Program-made: the position numbers and the translations under genes
The notes under the pieces: model-generated
Database searches by the model: none
The model's input: only the letters and a program-made list of their open reading frames with translations
What the model was told of the DNA's origin: nothing
Part shown: in pieces, positions 36,853 through 48,612 of the stretch
Position numbering within the stretch: position 1 is the stretch's first letter
Layout of the letters: every line of letters starts with the position of its first letter
DNA from: Candidatus Woesearchaeota archaeon
GTDB taxonomy: Archaea > Nanobdellota > Nanobdellia > Woesearchaeales > GW2011-AR4
Direction of reading: 5' to 3'
NCBI GenBank assembly: GCA_016185945.1
Contig: JACPMR010000015.1
Coordinates: 7,256 to 71,255 of the forward strand
Length of the DNA stretch: 64,000 nucleotides

Positions 36853-38907
36853 TTAAACAAACAACGGCACCAGAACTAGGGTTATTGTACTTAACAGCTT
36901 AATCAAGACATGCAAGCTTGGGCCTGCTGTGTCCTTAAATGGGTCTCCTATTGTATCTCCAGTTACTGCTGCCTTGTGAGCTTCACTTCCCTTGCCGCCA
37001 TGTTCGCCTTCTTCAATAAGCTTCTTTGCATTGTCCCATGCACCGCCGCCTGTGTTTAGCAACAATGCCATCAAAATGCCTGTAATAGTTGCAACCATCA
37101 AGTAAGCTGCAGCAGCCTCATACTTAAGAACAACTCCGACAATAACGGTTACAACAACAACAAGTAACCCAGGCAATATCATTTCTTTCAAAGACGCCTT
37201 AACACATATGTCAACAACTTTGGCGTAGTCGGGCTTTTCCTTGCCTGTCATTATGCCTTTTTTCTCCTTCCACTGCCTCCTGACTTCATGGACAATTGTG
37301 TAGGCAGCATCTCCAACTGCCCTTATGGCAAATGCGCTGAACAAAAATATCAGCATTGCACCAATCAAAGCGCCAACAAAGACATCAATCTTTGCAATAT
37401 CAACTGTAACAACTTTCATGCCTGTGTGCTTTGCAACATCATCAAGGTAAGCTGTAAACAAAAGAAAAGCTGCCAAAGCAGCACTTCCAATAGCGTAGCC
37501 TTTTGTCAATGCCTTTGTTGTATTGCCTACTGCATCAAGCTTGTCTGTTCTTTTTCTAACAGCACTAGGAGCATTGCTCATCACAACAATGCCGCCTGCA
37601 TTATCGGTTATTGGACCAAAATTATCCATTGCAAGTATGTAAGCTGCTGTTGCAAGCATCCCCATTGTGGCAATTGCTGTCCCATAAAGTCCGCCATGCG
37701 CAAGGTTACTCATCTGCCCAAACTTGAAGGAAACAAGCAAGGCAATTGAAAGAACAATTACAGGCAATACAGTTGCTTCAAGCGCAACTGCAAATCCACT
37801 TATTATGTTTGTTGCATGCCCTGTCAAAGATGCTTTGGCTATGCTCTTTACAGGCCTGTAAGTTGATTCTGTATAGTAAACTGTGATCCAGACAATCAAA
37901 ATGCTTGTTATTATGCCAACCAATCCAGCATAGAAAAACCATATGTTGTTAAGAAGCCATTTTGTTGCTGCATAGAATGCGATTGCTGCCAAGAAGCTTG
38001 TTATGTAATAGCCCCTATTCAATGCAGTCATGGGGTTTTCGTTTTCATTTCTTAGCTTGACAGACATAATGCCAATCATTGTTGCTATCAATCCAAATGC
38101 CCTGACAACCAAGGGGAACAAAACTCCTTTAATGCCGAAGTATGGAAATAAAGCAACTCCAAGTATCATTGCTCCTATGTTTTCAGCAGCAGTGCTCTCA
38201 AACAAATCTGCTCCTCTGCCAGCGCAGTCTCCAACATTATCGCCAACCAAGTCCGCAATAACTGCCGGATTTCTAGGATCGTCTTCTGGAATTCCTTTTT
38301 CAATCTTGCCTACCAAATCAGAGCCGACATCCGCTGCTTTTGTGTAGATTCCGCCGCCAAGCTGGGCAAACAGCGCAACAAAGCTAGCGCCAAATCCATA
38401 GCCAACAATCAGGAAAGGAACTTCCTTTGGATCTGTGCCAATGCTAAACAATGAGTAAATCAAGGCAACCCCTAGCAAGGACATTGCAACTATTACAATG
38501 CCGGATATAGCGCCTGAGCGCAACGCAACAACAAAAGCGTCATTCATGCTTTTCCTTGCAGCGCTTGCTGTCCTTATATTAGCCCTTATGGAAATCCACA
38601 TGCCGACAATGCCTGCAATAGCAGAGCTTACTGCCCCAAACAGGAAAGCAATGCTTGTTCGCCATCCCAAACCAGTATTGCCGAAGAATGCATATGCTGC
38701 ATAAATGATAATAGCAAGGACAATTGAGAGTATTGCTATTGTTGTGTACTGCCTCTTCAGGAATGCTTCTGCGCCTATCTTTATTGCAGCTGCAACTTCC
38801 TGCATTGCTTCCGAGCCAGTGTCTTTTTTTAGAATCTGCCTTGTCAAGTAGCCGGCAAAAAGCAATGCCAAGACGCTAATGGTAATAACAATACTGAGAT
38901 AAACCAT
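36853..38907 (-). CDS. hppA: Membrane-bound pyrophosphatase, K+-independent type (H+-PPase)
   Basis: [23 protein letters not shown] (Lys = K+-independent), [14 protein letters not shown]. Confidence 0.95.
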   Translation of the reverse strand: MVYLSIVITISVLALLFAGYLTRQILKKDTGSEAMQEVAAAIKIGAEAFLKRQYTTIAILSIVLAIIIYAAYAFFGNTGLGWRTSIAFLFGAVSSAIAGIVGMWISIRANIRTASAARKSMNDAFVVALRSGAISGIVIVAMSLLGVALIYSLFSIGTDPKEVPFLIVGYGFGASFVALFAQLGGGIYTKAADVGSDLVGKIEKGIPEDDPRNPAVIADLVGDNVGDCAGRGADLFESTAAENIGAMILGVALFPYFGIKGVLFPLVVRAFGLIATMIGIMSVKLRNENENPMTALNRGYYITSFLAAIAFYAATKWLLNNIWFFYAGLVGIITSILIVWITVYYTESTYRPVKSIAKASLTGHATNIISGFAVALEATVLPVIVLSIALLVSFKFGQMSNLAHGGLYGTAIATMGMLATAAYILAMDNFGPITDNAGGIVVMSNAPSAVRKRTDKLDAVGNTTKALTKGYAIGSAALAAFLLFTAYLDDVAKHTGMKVVTVDIAKIDVFVGALIGAMLIFLFSAFAIRAVGDAAYTIVHEVRRQWKEKKGIMTGKEKPDYAKVVDICVKASLKEMILPGLLVVVVTVIVGVVLKYEAAAAYLMVATITGILMALLLNTGGGAWDNAKKLIEEGEHGGKGSEAHKAAVTGDTIGDPFKDTAGPSLHVLIKLLSTITLVLVPLFV

Positions 38908-39011
38908 TGGTTTTGGGAAAAAATAGGTATATATAAAGGTTTTTGTGAATGTTGTTTTCAGTCCTTTAAAATAGTAAAAATTATATGCATGCAGTTCCAA
39001 ATACACTTAAA

Positions 39012-40283
39012 ATGCTGGAATTCCTAAAGAAAATATTCAAAAGCGAGGAGCAGGAAGTAAAAAAAGCTGCTGAAATAAAGCTGCAATATCTTGAGGAATG
39101 GATTGGAGAGCAGGCAAAGCCATTGACGGAAGATACACAGTACAAAATTGAAGAAATATTTATGAGGGTTAGCGAGGAACTGCAAAGGGCAAGGATTAAT
39201 GTCGAAACTTTGGAGAATGCAAAGCTGCAAAACCCAAATATACCATTCAAAGCAAAGCAGTATATGGAAGGCAACAGGAAGGCATACATAAGAGCAATAA
39301 ACTCCTTTCTTGGACATGCAGAGATAAACAACAAAGATTATTTTTATCTTTTGGATTTCTGCAAATTGTTTGATAGGTTAATAGACGATTTAAATAAGGG
39401 AACTTTTAGGAGCTATACAATACTGCAGGAGTTTTTTGCAAATGAAACAAATAAAATCGCTGAAAACCTCAAGAGTTTTGATGATTTATTCAAAGAGCTT
39501 AAATCCGTGCTGAACAGCAAAAAGATTGTAGCTGTAAATAATTCCAGGCAGAAGGCCCAGAACTTGAGCGCAAAAACAAAGCAGAAAATAAACATAGATG
39601 TGGATTTCAAAAATGCAGAGGCAAGCTTAAAGCTGGCAAATGAAGAGAAAGATTCAGTTATGGCGGAGATAATGGATTTCAGCAAAGGTGATTCCCACAA
39701 TAATTTTGTTAATTTAAACGAAGAGAAAAAGAATAAAGAAAGGGAATTTTATCAAGATCAAGATCGAATACTGCAAAGCTTTTCCGTGCTTGAAAGACCG
39801 TTGAGGAAATATTCGCATGTTGCATTCGAGCACGAGGAGATTGTTCTGGATTATCTGAAGCAGCCGATTGAGACTCTGGCCAATGACAAAGAAATGAAGA
39901 TTGCTGAAATTCTGAAAAATATGGAAAAATTGCTAGATGAAAACCAAATACAGATTGATGAGAAGAAAAGGGAAAAATCACTTGAAGAGATAAAGAAACT
40001 GAACAAGGAATTTTTGGAGCAATTCACCAAGAAATATTATTCGTTTAAATCCGAGATTGAGGAAATTGACAACAAAATAAAGATGACTGGTGTGCCAGAT
40101 AAATTCAGGAACTTTAATAAGCAGCTTGAGGATATTAATTTGAGGATTGAGAAAAACAATGAAGAGTATGAAAAACTGAAAAGTGATGTTGTCAAGATAA
40201 ACAATTCAATTGAAAGCCTGAAGAGCGAGATTGAAGGCGATGTTAAGGAGATTTTTGGGGAGGATATTAAGATTGTTGTTTGA
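39012..40283 (+). CDS. Coiled-coil hypothetical protein
   Basis: Long E/K-rich helical ORF. Confidence 0.7.
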   Translation: MLEFLKKIFKSEEQEVKKAAEIKLQYLEEWIGEQAKPLTEDTQYKIEEIFMRVSEELQRARINVETLENAKLQNPNIPFKAKQYMEGNRKAYIRAINSFLGHAEINNKDYFYLLDFCKLFDRLIDDLNKGTFRSYTILQEFFANETNKIAENLKSFDDLFKELKSVLNSKKIVAVNNSRQKAQNLSAKTKQKINIDVDFKNAEASLKLANEEKDSVMAEIMDFSKGDSHNNFVNLNEEKKNKEREFYQDQDRILQSFSVLERPLRKYSHVAFEHEEIVLDYLKQPIETLANDKEMKIAEILKNMEKLLDENQIQIDEKKREKSLEEIKKLNKEFLEQFTKKYYSFKSEIEEIDNKIKMTGVPDKFRNFNKQLEDINLRIEKNNEEYEKLKSDVVKINNSIESLKSEIEGDVKEIFGEDIKIVV

Positions 40284-41835
40284 ATTTTTTATAACATTCT
40301 TCCAAAGCTTCTATAGCGGGCAATCTTCCATCTTTTTCGATTAACTCCAAAGTTGCACCGCCTGCATTTGATATAATGGTAAAAGCTTCTTCACCATTCC
40401 ACCTTCTTATAATTGCTGCTGTGTCACCGCCTGCGCCTATCGTAACAGCGCCTTTATTTTTTGCTTCTTTAATAGCTTCGAACAGCTTTTTATTGGTTTG
40501 AGAAAATTTTTCTACTCTAGGATCTTCGATAGAAAGGGGTCCTGCCAGGATTAGCATATATGAATTTTTTACATTTTTGCAGATTAAATCTAAAGTCTCT
40601 GGACCAGGAGCAACTCCAAGCCAGCCATCTGGAATTCCAGCAGGAGCATTGTAAACTTTAAGCTCTGCATCTTTAGGAAGATTTCCATACCTATCAGGAG
40701 ACTTGTTTGTTATTGTATGGTCTGCGTTAAGCATAACTTCAACTTCTTTAGCAGCCGCCTTCAATAAAACCTGTGCTGCAAAGATTATCTGCTCGCCTAT
40801 CTCTTTCCATTCGACAAAAGAATTGCCAATCAGATTTTTTATTTCTTCGTCAGAAACTCCAATAAGTTCTTTTAGTTTGTCACTTTTTTCTTTTTGCAAG
40901 CTTTCCTGAACTTCAGTTGCGGTTTTTGAGGATTTTTCTATTTTTTTGTTATATTCATCAATTATGCTTTCGGCTTCATTAATTCTTTTTTCTATAACAT
41001 CTAAAAATTCTTTAGCCAAAAGAAATGTGTAAGTGACTGCACCTTGCACAATTAGTGCATCGCCTTTTTTCATTTTGTCCAAAAGAGAATGTGTTACAGT
41101 TATTTTTGAGGTTATTCCTACTTGTGTTTCGATTTTTTTACCTGATAAAAAGTAGACAAATGCCCCTCTGTTTTTTTCCTGCAAAAGTTTTGATATATTG
41201 CCTATATACTTGATTACTTCAACGTATTTAAAGCCAAAGCCAGCTTTGCCTCCATTTTCAACAATGTAAAGAGGAACGCTGACAACAGTTGCCTCTGGGC
41301 GCATGTTCTGGGCTTCTGCTTCATTAACATAAACTGCATTATGCCCAGCTAATGACGCAATAAACTTAGCAAATTCTTTGTCATTTGCATTTGCTTCTGG
41401 GTCGTATCTGACATTTTCCAAAACGATAATCTGCCCTTCTTTTAAATTATTAACATCATTAACAACTTCCTCTTTATTTCTGTAAACACTTCTGGGCTTG
41501 CTGCCGTCCAAGCAATTTGGAGTCAAAAGAACTGGATGGTTTAGCAAACCTTCTTCTTTTAATATTTCTTGCAAGCGCAAAGCAACAGGCGCCATGCTCA
41601 ATTCTGGGTCTTCACCTTTTGGTCTGCTTAACCAACCTGGCTCGAGAATGATTTTTGCATTATTTTTTATTAAATAAGCCAATGTTTGTATAGTGTCTCT
41701 TATACGAGAATCGTCTGAGACTCTTTTAGCATCCAATAAACTTTTGCTAGAATCAAGAGGAACATCAAAGCCACACCTTAAAATAACTCTTTTTCCCCTA
41801 ACATCCAAATCATTCAAAGTGAAAAATTTATGCAT
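40267..41835 (-). CDS. pgk: Phosphoglycerate kinase, divergent, with a helical insertion
   Basis: LDVRGKRVILR, DDSRIR, LENVRY, GGDTAA, ISNAGGATLE. Confidence 0.85.
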   Translation of the reverse strand: MHKFFTLNDLDVRGKRVILRCGFDVPLDSSKSLLDAKRVSDDSRIRDTIQTLAYLIKNNAKIILEPGWLSRPKGEDPELSMAPVALRLQEILKEEGLLNHPVLLTPNCLDGSKPRSVYRNKEEVVNDVNNLKEGQIIVLENVRYDPEANANDKEFAKFIASLAGHNAVYVNEAEAQNMRPEATVVSVPLYIVENGGKAGFGFKYVEVIKYIGNISKLLQEKNRGAFVYFLSGKKIETQVGITSKITVTHSLLDKMKKGDALIVQGAVTYTFLLAKEFLDVIEKRINEAESIIDEYNKKIEKSSKTATEVQESLQKEKSDKLKELIGVSDEEIKNLIGNSFVEWKEIGEQIIFAAQVLLKAAAKEVEVMLNADHTITNKSPDRYGNLPKDAELKVYNAPAGIPDGWLGVAPGPETLDLICKNVKNSYMLILAGPLSIEDPRVEKFSQTNKKLFEAIKEAKNKGAVTIGAGGDTAAIIRRWNGEEAFTIISNAGGATLELIEKDGRLPAIEALEECYKKFKQQS

Positions 41836-42003
41836 AGAGAATGGGATTTATGTAATTTTTAAAAGGTTTGCGGTTTAAGTTGCGAAATTCGTTAAAAATA
41901 AAATTAAATATCATTACAAAAGACAATAAAATATTATTAAAAATCAATCACTAACGAGAGCAATTTTTTGGGATTAAATTGCATTAAAACAATGAGATTA
42001 AAT

Positions 42004-42148
42004 CAATCCCGAGAGCGTCCTTTATAAGTAATCGCGAATAAGGAAACCAGCTTTTGCTATCGCACTTTATCTTTAGCAATCAAGTGCAGATAGAAGTGGC
42101 TGCGGTTCCCTTATCACAAAAGCAGCTACAGGGAAGCCCTCGTGATTG
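42004..42148. repeat. Family-1 element, 145 bp, best-preserved terminal IRs
   Basis: CAATCCCGAGAGC / GCCCTCGTGATTG; arm TCCTT-N17-AAGGA; core 42062-42087; arm TTCCCT-N18-AGGGAA. Confidence 0.92.
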
Positions 42149-42186
42149 AATTATAATTTTAATATAATTAGTATAATGATGTAATT

Positions 42187-44142
42187 TCAAACCATTAAAG
42201 GCACAAAAACAATCGCAACTATTGACATCAGCTTAATCAAGATATTCAAAGAAGGTCCTGCTGTGTCTTTGAAAGGATCTCCAACTGTGTCGCCGACAAC
42301 TGCTGATTTATGAGCTTCAGAGCCTTTGCCGCCAAGGTTGCCTGCCTCTATGTACTTTTTTGCATTGTCCCATGCACCGCCAGAATTAGCCATGAAAATT
42401 GCCAGAGAAAAACCAGTTACAATAGAGCCGACAAGCAGCCCTCCTAATGCCTCCAAGCCAAAAAAATAGCCAACTATAATAGGGGCAAAAATTGCCAACA
42501 AGGAAGGCATTACCATCTGCCTTAAAGCGCTTCTTGTGCTTATTGCTATGCATCTCTCATAGTCGGGCTTTGCCTTGCCTTTAGCAAGTCCTTTTATTTC
42601 CTTCCATTGTCTTCTTACTTCCTCAACAATCCCAGAAGCTGCTTTTCCCACTGCCTGCATTGCAAATGAACTGAACAGGAAAGGAAGCATCCCGCCAATG
42701 AACAAGCCAATTATTACATTTGGGCTAGAGATGCTCATTACTTGAATTTTTGTAATTTGAGTGAAGCTTGCGAATAATGCTAATGCAGTCAATGCAGCAC
42801 TTCCAATTGCAAAGCCCTTTCCAATAGCTGCGGTTGTGTTGCCGACTGCATCAAGCAATTCTGTTTTTTCTCTGACATCTTTGCCAACCTTTGCCATCTC
42901 TGAGATGCCTGCTGCATTATCAGCCACTGAGCCGTAAGTGTCGATAGCAAGTGTTATGCCCAAAGTTGAAAGCATTCCCACTCCTGCAATTGCTATGCCA
43001 TAAAGCCCTGCAAACTTGTAAGCAACTAAAACAGCAATTGAAACCACAAGAACAGGAATCAAGGTTGAGAACATTCCGACAGCAAGCCCTTGAATTACAT
43101 TTGTGCCTGCACCTGTCCTTGCTGCAGCTGCAATGCTTTTTGTCGGAGCATTTTTGTTTGATGTCATGTATTCTGTGAATAAGCCGATTACAACACCGAC
43201 AATCAAGCCCGCCAATGCTGCATAGAAAATTCCAATGTCAAGTTTCTGGTATTTGACAAGCAAAAATGAGAAAATTGCAGTCAATATAGTGCTTATGTAC
43301 AAGCCATTGTTTAATGCATTAAACAAATGCTTTTCATCCTTTGCCCTTACAAAAAATATTCCAATTAATGAAGCTAAAATCCCTAATGCAGCCAAAGCCA
43401 AAGGAAATATTACATGGCTAACTCCAAATAAAGCCACGCCTATAACCATTGCAGCTATTATGCTGTTGACATAACTTTCAAACAAGTCAGCACCCATGCC
43501 TGCGACATCACCTACATTGTCGCCCACATTATCGGCTATAACTGCTGGATTTCTTGGGTCGTCTTCTGGTATCCCTTTCTCGACCTTGCCAACCAAGTCA
43601 GCGCCAACATCCGCTGCCTTTGTATAAATTCCTCCCCCAACCCTTGCAAATAAAGCAATTGAAGATGCGCCAAAGCCAAATCCAAATATTATGTTTGGAT
43701 CGCCAAAAATTTGGTAAAGAATTGTAACTCCTAATAAGCCAATGCCTACAACGCTTAACCCCATGACAGAGCCAGAGTAAAAAGCAAGCCTTAAGCCCTC
43801 CCCTATATGCTTTTTAGTTGCCTCTGTTGTTCTTGAGTTTGCTCTTGTGGCAATCCTCATTCCAATATTTCCTGCCAATGCAGAAGAAAAGCCGCCAATT
43901 ATGAAAGATATTGCAAGCTTTTGCCCGTTTTCAAGAAAGAAAAACATTATTAATGCAACAATAAGTATGAAAATAACCAAAAATTCATATTCTTTTTTCA
44001 GAAAAATCAAGGCTCCTTTATGGATTGCCTCAGAAATTTCCTGCATTTTGGCAGTGCCTGCTGGCTTCTTTAATATGTAGAAAGCGAGAAATAAGGCAAC
44101 TAGCAATGATAAGATGCTTATGCTGATAATGAATTGAAGCAT
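42187..44142 (-). CDS. hppA: Membrane-bound pyrophosphatase, K+-dependent type (likely Na+-PPase)
   Basis: [26 protein letters not shown] (Ala = K+-dependent). Confidence 0.95.
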   Translation of the reverse strand: MLQFIISISILSLLVALFLAFYILKKPAGTAKMQEISEAIHKGALIFLKKEYEFLVIFILIVALIMFFFLENGQKLAISFIIGGFSSALAGNIGMRIATRANSRTTEATKKHIGEGLRLAFYSGSVMGLSVVGIGLLGVTILYQIFGDPNIIFGFGFGASSIALFARVGGGIYTKAADVGADLVGKVEKGIPEDDPRNPAVIADNVGDNVGDVAGMGADLFESYVNSIIAAMVIGVALFGVSHVIFPLALAALGILASLIGIFFVRAKDEKHLFNALNNGLYISTILTAIFSFLLVKYQKLDIGIFYAALAGLIVGVVIGLFTEYMTSNKNAPTKSIAAAARTGAGTNVIQGLAVGMFSTLIPVLVVSIAVLVAYKFAGLYGIAIAGVGMLSTLGITLAIDTYGSVADNAAGISEMAKVGKDVREKTELLDAVGNTTAAIGKGFAIGSAALTALALFASFTQITKIQVMSISSPNVIIGLFIGGMLPFLFSSFAMQAVGKAASGIVEEVRRQWKEIKGLAKGKAKPDYERCIAISTRSALRQMVMPSLLAIFAPIIVGYFFGLEALGGLLVGSIVTGFSLAIFMANSGGAWDNAKKYIEAGNLGGKGSEAHKSAVVGDTVGDPFKDTAGPSLNILIKLMSIVAIVFVPLMV

Positions 44143-44184
44143 AACAAGTTTTGTATAGATTTATCTATATAAATATATATGATT

Positions 44185-44307
44185 TTAACTCCTTGCCTTA
44201 ACCCAGAAATAAAGGTAAATCGCAAATCCAATAAACAGCAACAGGTTAATAATATGAAAAGCAATAGGCAGCCATTTCAGAATTTTTATCTTTGTTTCTT
44301 TTTTCAT
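44185..44307 (-). CDS. 40-aa single-TM microprotein (not in ORF track)
   Basis: MKKETKIKILKWLPIAFHIINLLLFIGFAIYLYFWVKARS*. Confidence 0.5.
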   Translation of the reverse strand: MKKETKIKILKWLPIAFHIINLLLFIGFAIYLYFWVKARS

Positions 44308-44334
44308 TATTTGGATTTTTGTTTATTATTATTT

Positions 44335-44426
44335 ATAGGCGAGGCGGGGGTAGCTGGCGAGTGAGTCTCTCACGAGCCTCACAAGTCGGGTGCCGCCGAG
44401 CAGTAAAATTTGCGAAGCGGATTGAA
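44335..44426 (+). repeat. Family-2 hairpin element
   Basis: ATAGGCGAGG..CCGAGCAGTAAAATTTGCGAAGCGGATTGAA. Confidence 0.8.
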
Positions 44427-44542
44427 ATATTTTATATCGAAATGTTTTATTTTAAGTTTTCCTTTAGTTAATATGATTTTTACTGTTTGCCTTTGCCAAT
44501 TAGGCATTTTCAATAAATTTAATTTTTTCAAAAAAACAAAAA

Positions 44543-45160
44543 TCATGCCTTTGCCTTTATTCTTTTCATCCTGAAGATGTTCTCCCTTTCTATCTCCTCC
44601 AATCTTAGCTGGATAAATGCCCTTACTTTTTCCAAATTGGGGATTACTATAAATTCCAATGCATTTACCCTTCTTTTTGTTTTTTCTATCTCGCTGAGCA
44701 GTTTTCTCATCGAGGTTTCAACTTCTGCAGCAAGGATTATTTTTTCGACTACTTTTTCATAGGCTGCCGCCGCCTCGTCAACTGCAGATGAATTATAGAC
44801 GCCATAGCCCCTTTCCATGAATGCCTTTTCTATCTCAGAAGATTCTATTTTTGGTACTTTCACTCCCATAATGTTTTTTGTTTCAAGCTTTACTTCCGGC
44901 ATGTCCTTAATTGCCATTGCAATTGATTTGACTTTCAAGTCACCTTCCAGAGTTCTTGCAATGTTGATTTTTTCCAATGCAACTTTATATTCGTTGACTA
45001 ACTCTTCCCTCAAAGTTTTTGCTTTCTTCAGTATTTCAAAGAACTCAAGAATCAAGCCGTCTCTTTTCTTCTTCAGCAAGCTGTAGCCAGATTTGGCTAG
45101 CTTGATTTGCTTTTTTAGCTTCAATAATTCGCTTCTGGTTGGCTTAATGTCTTGGGGCAT
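44543..45160 (-). CDS. atpD: A/V-type ATP synthase subunit D
   Basis: PTRSELL, LLKKKRDGL, IEKTKRRVNALE. Confidence 0.96.
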   Translation of the reverse strand: MPQDIKPTRSELLKLKKQIKLAKSGYSLLKKKRDGLILEFFEILKKAKTLREELVNEYKVALEKINIARTLEGDLKVKSIAMAIKDMPEVKLETKNIMGVKVPKIESSEIEKAFMERGYGVYNSSAVDEAAAAYEKVVEKIILAAEVETSMRKLLSEIEKTKRRVNALEFIVIPNLEKVRAFIQLRLEEIERENIFRMKRIKAKA

Positions 45161-45162
45161 TT

Positions 45163-45912
45163 TTATAAAAATTTCTTCAATAAATCAATTTCATTATGTG
45201 TATTATGTACCTCAAACCTTCTCAAATCAAAATAGCCATTGTGATGCGGAGTGTTTATCATAATTCCTCCAACCAATGCTATTTTTCCATTAAAATGATG
45301 TTTTAGGCTTTCTATAATTTTCATCATTGCTTCATCAACTAGCATGTAATTAACTTCAACTAATTCTTTGATATGATTTTGGGAAGAAATAATTCTATAA
45401 GCATGGGACAGCATCATTTTTTCAACTGAGTACTGCTCCATATCAAGAGCATCTTCAACTGGCTCATATTTCTTGCCGTTTTTCATTGACTCCTTATATT
45501 TGTTCAAAAACGAGATTGCTGCACCGCAAGCTGTTGATTCATGAAATTGATTTTCCCTTAGAACTTTTCCTAGTTCTCCTTTTGGTGAAATTCCTACATG
45601 AGGGCCATAAAGTATCACAAAATTAACTTCAGATTGGTTATTTGGTGCATGATGCGAAAATGCAGCAAAGCCTGTTTTTCCTCTGAATGGATATCCTGTC
45701 AAACCTCCCAATGGAAATTGATGCTCTCCATAATATGATTTGAAACTTGTTACATCTCTGTTTAACTCATCAGGGCAAGTTGAAAATCCAAATAAAGTAT
45801 TTTTTGGAGTGAATTGATGGGTTTTCATTAAAGTGTCTACAACTTCAATAGTCAATTTGTGCCCTTCAATTGCTTTTGGAAAATGCTTCAATAAAGTTTC
45901 CGTCATTATCAT
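45163..45912 (-). CDS. LCIB/LCIC-type beta-carbonic anhydrase-like protein
   Basis: CPDELN, FPLGGLTGYPF.GKTG, YGPHVGI, STACGAA, GGIMINTP. Confidence 0.8.
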   Translation of the reverse strand: MIMTETLLKHFPKAIEGHKLTIEVVDTLMKTHQFTPKNTLFGFSTCPDELNRDVTSFKSYYGEHQFPLGGLTGYPFRGKTGFAAFSHHAPNNQSEVNFVILYGPHVGISPKGELGKVLRENQFHESTACGAAISFLNKYKESMKNGKKYEPVEDALDMEQYSVEKMMLSHAYRIISSQNHIKELVEVNYMLVDEAMMKIIESLKHHFNGKIALVGGIMINTPHHNGYFDLRRFEVHNTHNEIDLLKKFL

Positions 45913-45964
45913 TTTTTACAAAATATTAATTTGATTTTTTATTGGTCAATAATAAGTTCTAAAA

Positions 45965-46137
45965 CCATCAAGCAACCCTTTTTCTTCCAGATAGTGATAT
46001 GGGTGTCCCGCAGTAACAATTGCACTTGATTGCTTTGCTTTATAGTGCAACATTCAAAAGCGGTTTACTTTCAACGGCAAAGTCCGTTGACACCTTGTGG
46101 GCATAAAGCCACATTTACAAAAGTCGCTCTTGATTTG
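45965..46137. repeat. Family-1 element with a hairpin insertion in the right-arm loop
   Basis: ACCC..ATGGGTGTCCCGCA, core GCACT-N17-AGTGC 46022-46048, GCGGTTTACTTT-[48 nt]-AAAGTCGCTCT. Confidence 0.85.
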
Positions 46138-46255
46138 TTAGATTTTTATTAATTATTTTTTAATTAAATTATTTAATTTGTAATGAAATTATTCTTGTCA
46201 ATTCGTATTCTGGAAATATTACTAAAGTTACTCCCTTGTTTAAACAATCTTCTAC

Positions 46256-46486
46256 TTATATTCCGCCAGCCAAGTTCAATATCAATATGGCTATTACCAG
46301 CCCAAATATCACCAATGTTTCTGGTATTACGGTAAGGATTAACGCCTTACCAAACATCTCTTCCTTTTCAGCAGCTGCGCCTACAGCTGCAGCCCCTATC
46401 GTGCTTTCAGCTATTGCTGCTCCGATAGCACTTAAGCCTATGGCAATACCAGCCCCTATTGCTATTAAACCTGTTTCTATTGCCAT
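46256..46486 (-). CDS. atpK: A-type ATP synthase subunit c/K, second copy
   Basis: Two-TM hairpin with IPETLVIFG. Confidence 0.9.
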   Translation of the reverse strand: MAIETGLIAIGAGIAIGLSAIGAAIAESTIGAAAVGAAAEKEEMFGKALILTVIPETLVIFGLVIAILILNLAGGI

Positions 46487-46522
46487 TTTTTGCTCCGTTA
46501 TAAACATAAAATTGTTCCGTTT

Positions 46523-47893
46523 TTACTTTATCTCCTTGTAATATTTCTTCCTCAATTCTGGGCTTATTCTTGTCAGTTCACTCTCTGGCAGCAATCCGAG
46601 TAGTTTCCAGCCCAAGTCAAGGGTTTCTGCAATGCTCCTTTCTTCATCCCTTCTTTGCCTTACAAACTTGTCCTCAAACTCGGCAGCTAATTTTAAAAAT
46701 TTTTTATCTCTTTCGCTCAATGCCTCTTCGCCAACAATCGCAACTAATCCGCGTAAATCCCTGCCTTCTGCATAAGCAGCATAAAGCTGGTCACTTACTT
46801 GCTTGTGGTCTTCTCTTGTTCTTGTTGGCCCAATGCCCAAATTCATTAACCTTGAAAGTGAAGGCAATACATCAATGCAAGGGTAAATTCCTTTCCTGTG
46901 CAGTTCTCTCAACAAAACAATTTGCCCTTCTGTAATATAGCCAGTCAAGTCAGGAATTGGGTGAGTAATGTCGTCTCCAACCATTGTTAAGATTGGAATT
47001 TGGGTAATGCTTCCTTTCTTTCCTTTGATTACTCCAGCCCTTTCATAAATTGTTGCCAAGTCAGTGTACATATAACCAGGGTAGCCCCTTCTCCCCGGGA
47101 TTTCTTCACGAGCAGCGCCAATTTCGCGAAGCGATTCGCAATAGTTAGTAATGTCTGTAAGAATGACAAGAACATGAGCGTCATGCTCGAATGCAAAATA
47201 CTCTGCGCAGGTCAAGGCCATTCTTGGTGTGACAAGACGCTCAACAGCCGGATCATTTGCAAGATTGAGGAAAACAACGCTTCTTTCAATTGCGCCTGTC
47301 TGCTGGAAATCGTTAATGAAGTACTGCGCTTCCTCGTTTGTTATGCCCATTGCAGCGAAAATAACGACAAAGTTTTCCTGCCTACCGACAACTTTTGCCT
47401 GGCGAGCAATCTGCAAAGCAATTTCATTATGAGGCAAGCCAGAGCCTGAAAACAAAGGCAGTTTCTGCCCCCTGACAAGGGTATTCATTGCATCTATTGT
47501 TGACAATCCGGTCTGTATGAAGTCATGCGGAGAAGCTCTTGCAAAGGGGTTTATTGCAGCGCCAATTATGTCTAATTTCTTTTCCGGTATTATTTCCGGG
47601 CCGCCATCAATCGGCTTGCCAGAGCCGCTTAAGACACGTCCAAGCATGTCATTTGAAACACTCAACTTTAAAGTGTCTCCCAAAAACTTGACTCTTGTAT
47701 CAATATCTATTCCAGCAGTTCCCTCAAACACCTGAACAACTACAATATCGTCGCTAGTATCAAGGACTTGCCCATTTTTTATTTCTCCATTAGGCAGAGC
47801 AATCTTAACAATATCGGCATATCCAATTGGCTCTGTCTTCTCTACAAAAATCAAAGGGCCTGCAACTCTTGTTATGGTTTTGTATTCCTTCAT
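46523..47893 (-). CDS. atpB: A-type ATP synthase subunit B
   Basis: [44 protein letters not shown]. Confidence 0.98.
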   Translation of the reverse strand: MKEYKTITRVAGPLIFVEKTEPIGYADIVKIALPNGEIKNGQVLDTSDDIVVVQVFEGTAGIDIDTRVKFLGDTLKLSVSNDMLGRVLSGSGKPIDGGPEIIPEKKLDIIGAAINPFARASPHDFIQTGLSTIDAMNTLVRGQKLPLFSGSGLPHNEIALQIARQAKVVGRQENFVVIFAAMGITNEEAQYFINDFQQTGAIERSVVFLNLANDPAVERLVTPRMALTCAEYFAFEHDAHVLVILTDITNYCESLREIGAAREEIPGRRGYPGYMYTDLATIYERAGVIKGKKGSITQIPILTMVGDDITHPIPDLTGYITEGQIVLLRELHRKGIYPCIDVLPSLSRLMNLGIGPTRTREDHKQVSDQLYAAYAEGRDLRGLVAIVGEEALSERDKKFLKLAAEFEDKFVRQRRDEERSIAETLDLGWKLLGLLPESELTRISPELRKKYYKEIK

Positions 47894-48612
47894 GCTCTCA
47901 CTCTTAAAGTAAGTTCTAAAAAGTTGGTTAAAATTTTTTTTCTATTACGGCCATATTCTTCTTTTATGTTATTGAAATCTTCCCTTAAAGAATCTGCATT
48001 AACAGACTTCAAATCAGGGTCTTTTAGTATCCACTCATCAAGCAGAGAGCCGGTTAATTCCAAATGCCCTTGAAACCCATAAGCACTTCCTCCAACTTTT
48101 ATAACTTGGTTTTTGCAATATTTTCCAGTTGCCAATAACGACATACCATGCCCTAGTTTTACAGTTTCGCCATGTAAGTGGAATATTCTCATGGGCGATT
48201 TAATTCCTTTAAAGATTTGGTCATTTTTGCCTTCGTCTGTTAACTCCATTTCAAAATAATTTCCTTCAGGATCCCTCCATCCAATTTCTTTTATGAAATT
48301 TTTGTGAACCTCACCACCCATAGCCTTTACTAATGTTTGTGCACCCAAACAAATCCCTAAATAGGGCAGTCCAAAATTAACTGCCTCCCTGATTCTTCTA
48401 ATTTCATTTTTCATTTTGAGTGTGCTGTCATTTGCACTATCCGGACCACCCAAAACAATCAGTGACATATAATCAGTAGGGTCTGGAAAAATTTGCCCTT
48501 TGCTTAAGTCGAATATATCATAAGGGATATCGTTTTCCTTTAAGATAGCCTCTATAAATCCAGGGCCTTCCCTGTCAATATTTTTTACAATCAAAACTTT
48601 TTTTCCATTCAA
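47890..48612 (-). CDS. Class I glutamine amidotransferase (GuaA-N-like), inserted between atpA and atpB
   Basis: [22 protein letters not shown]; overlaps both neighbours by 4 nt. Confidence 0.88.
   Translation of the reverse strand: MNGKKVLIVKNIDREGPGFIEAILKENDIPYDIFDLSKGQIFPDPTDYMSLIVLGGPDSANDSTLKMKNEIRRIREAVNFGLPYLGICLGAQTLVKAMGGEVHKNFIKEIGWRDPEGNYFEMELTDEGKNDQIFKGIKSPMRIFHLHGETVKLGHGMSLLATGKYCKNQVIKVGGSAYGFQGHLELTGSLLDEWILKDPDLKSVNADSLREDFNNIKEEYGRNRKKILTNFLELTLRVRA

Noticed and set aside
37288..38704. Long plus-strand ORFs opposite hppA (similarly opposite atpA/atpB, gatD and cdc48)
   Set aside because: Antisense shadows of conserved genes
41945..41985. CAATCACTAACGAGAGC, a partial family-1 terminus just upstream of the 42.0-kb copy
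   Set aside because: Too short and degenerate to call a separate copy
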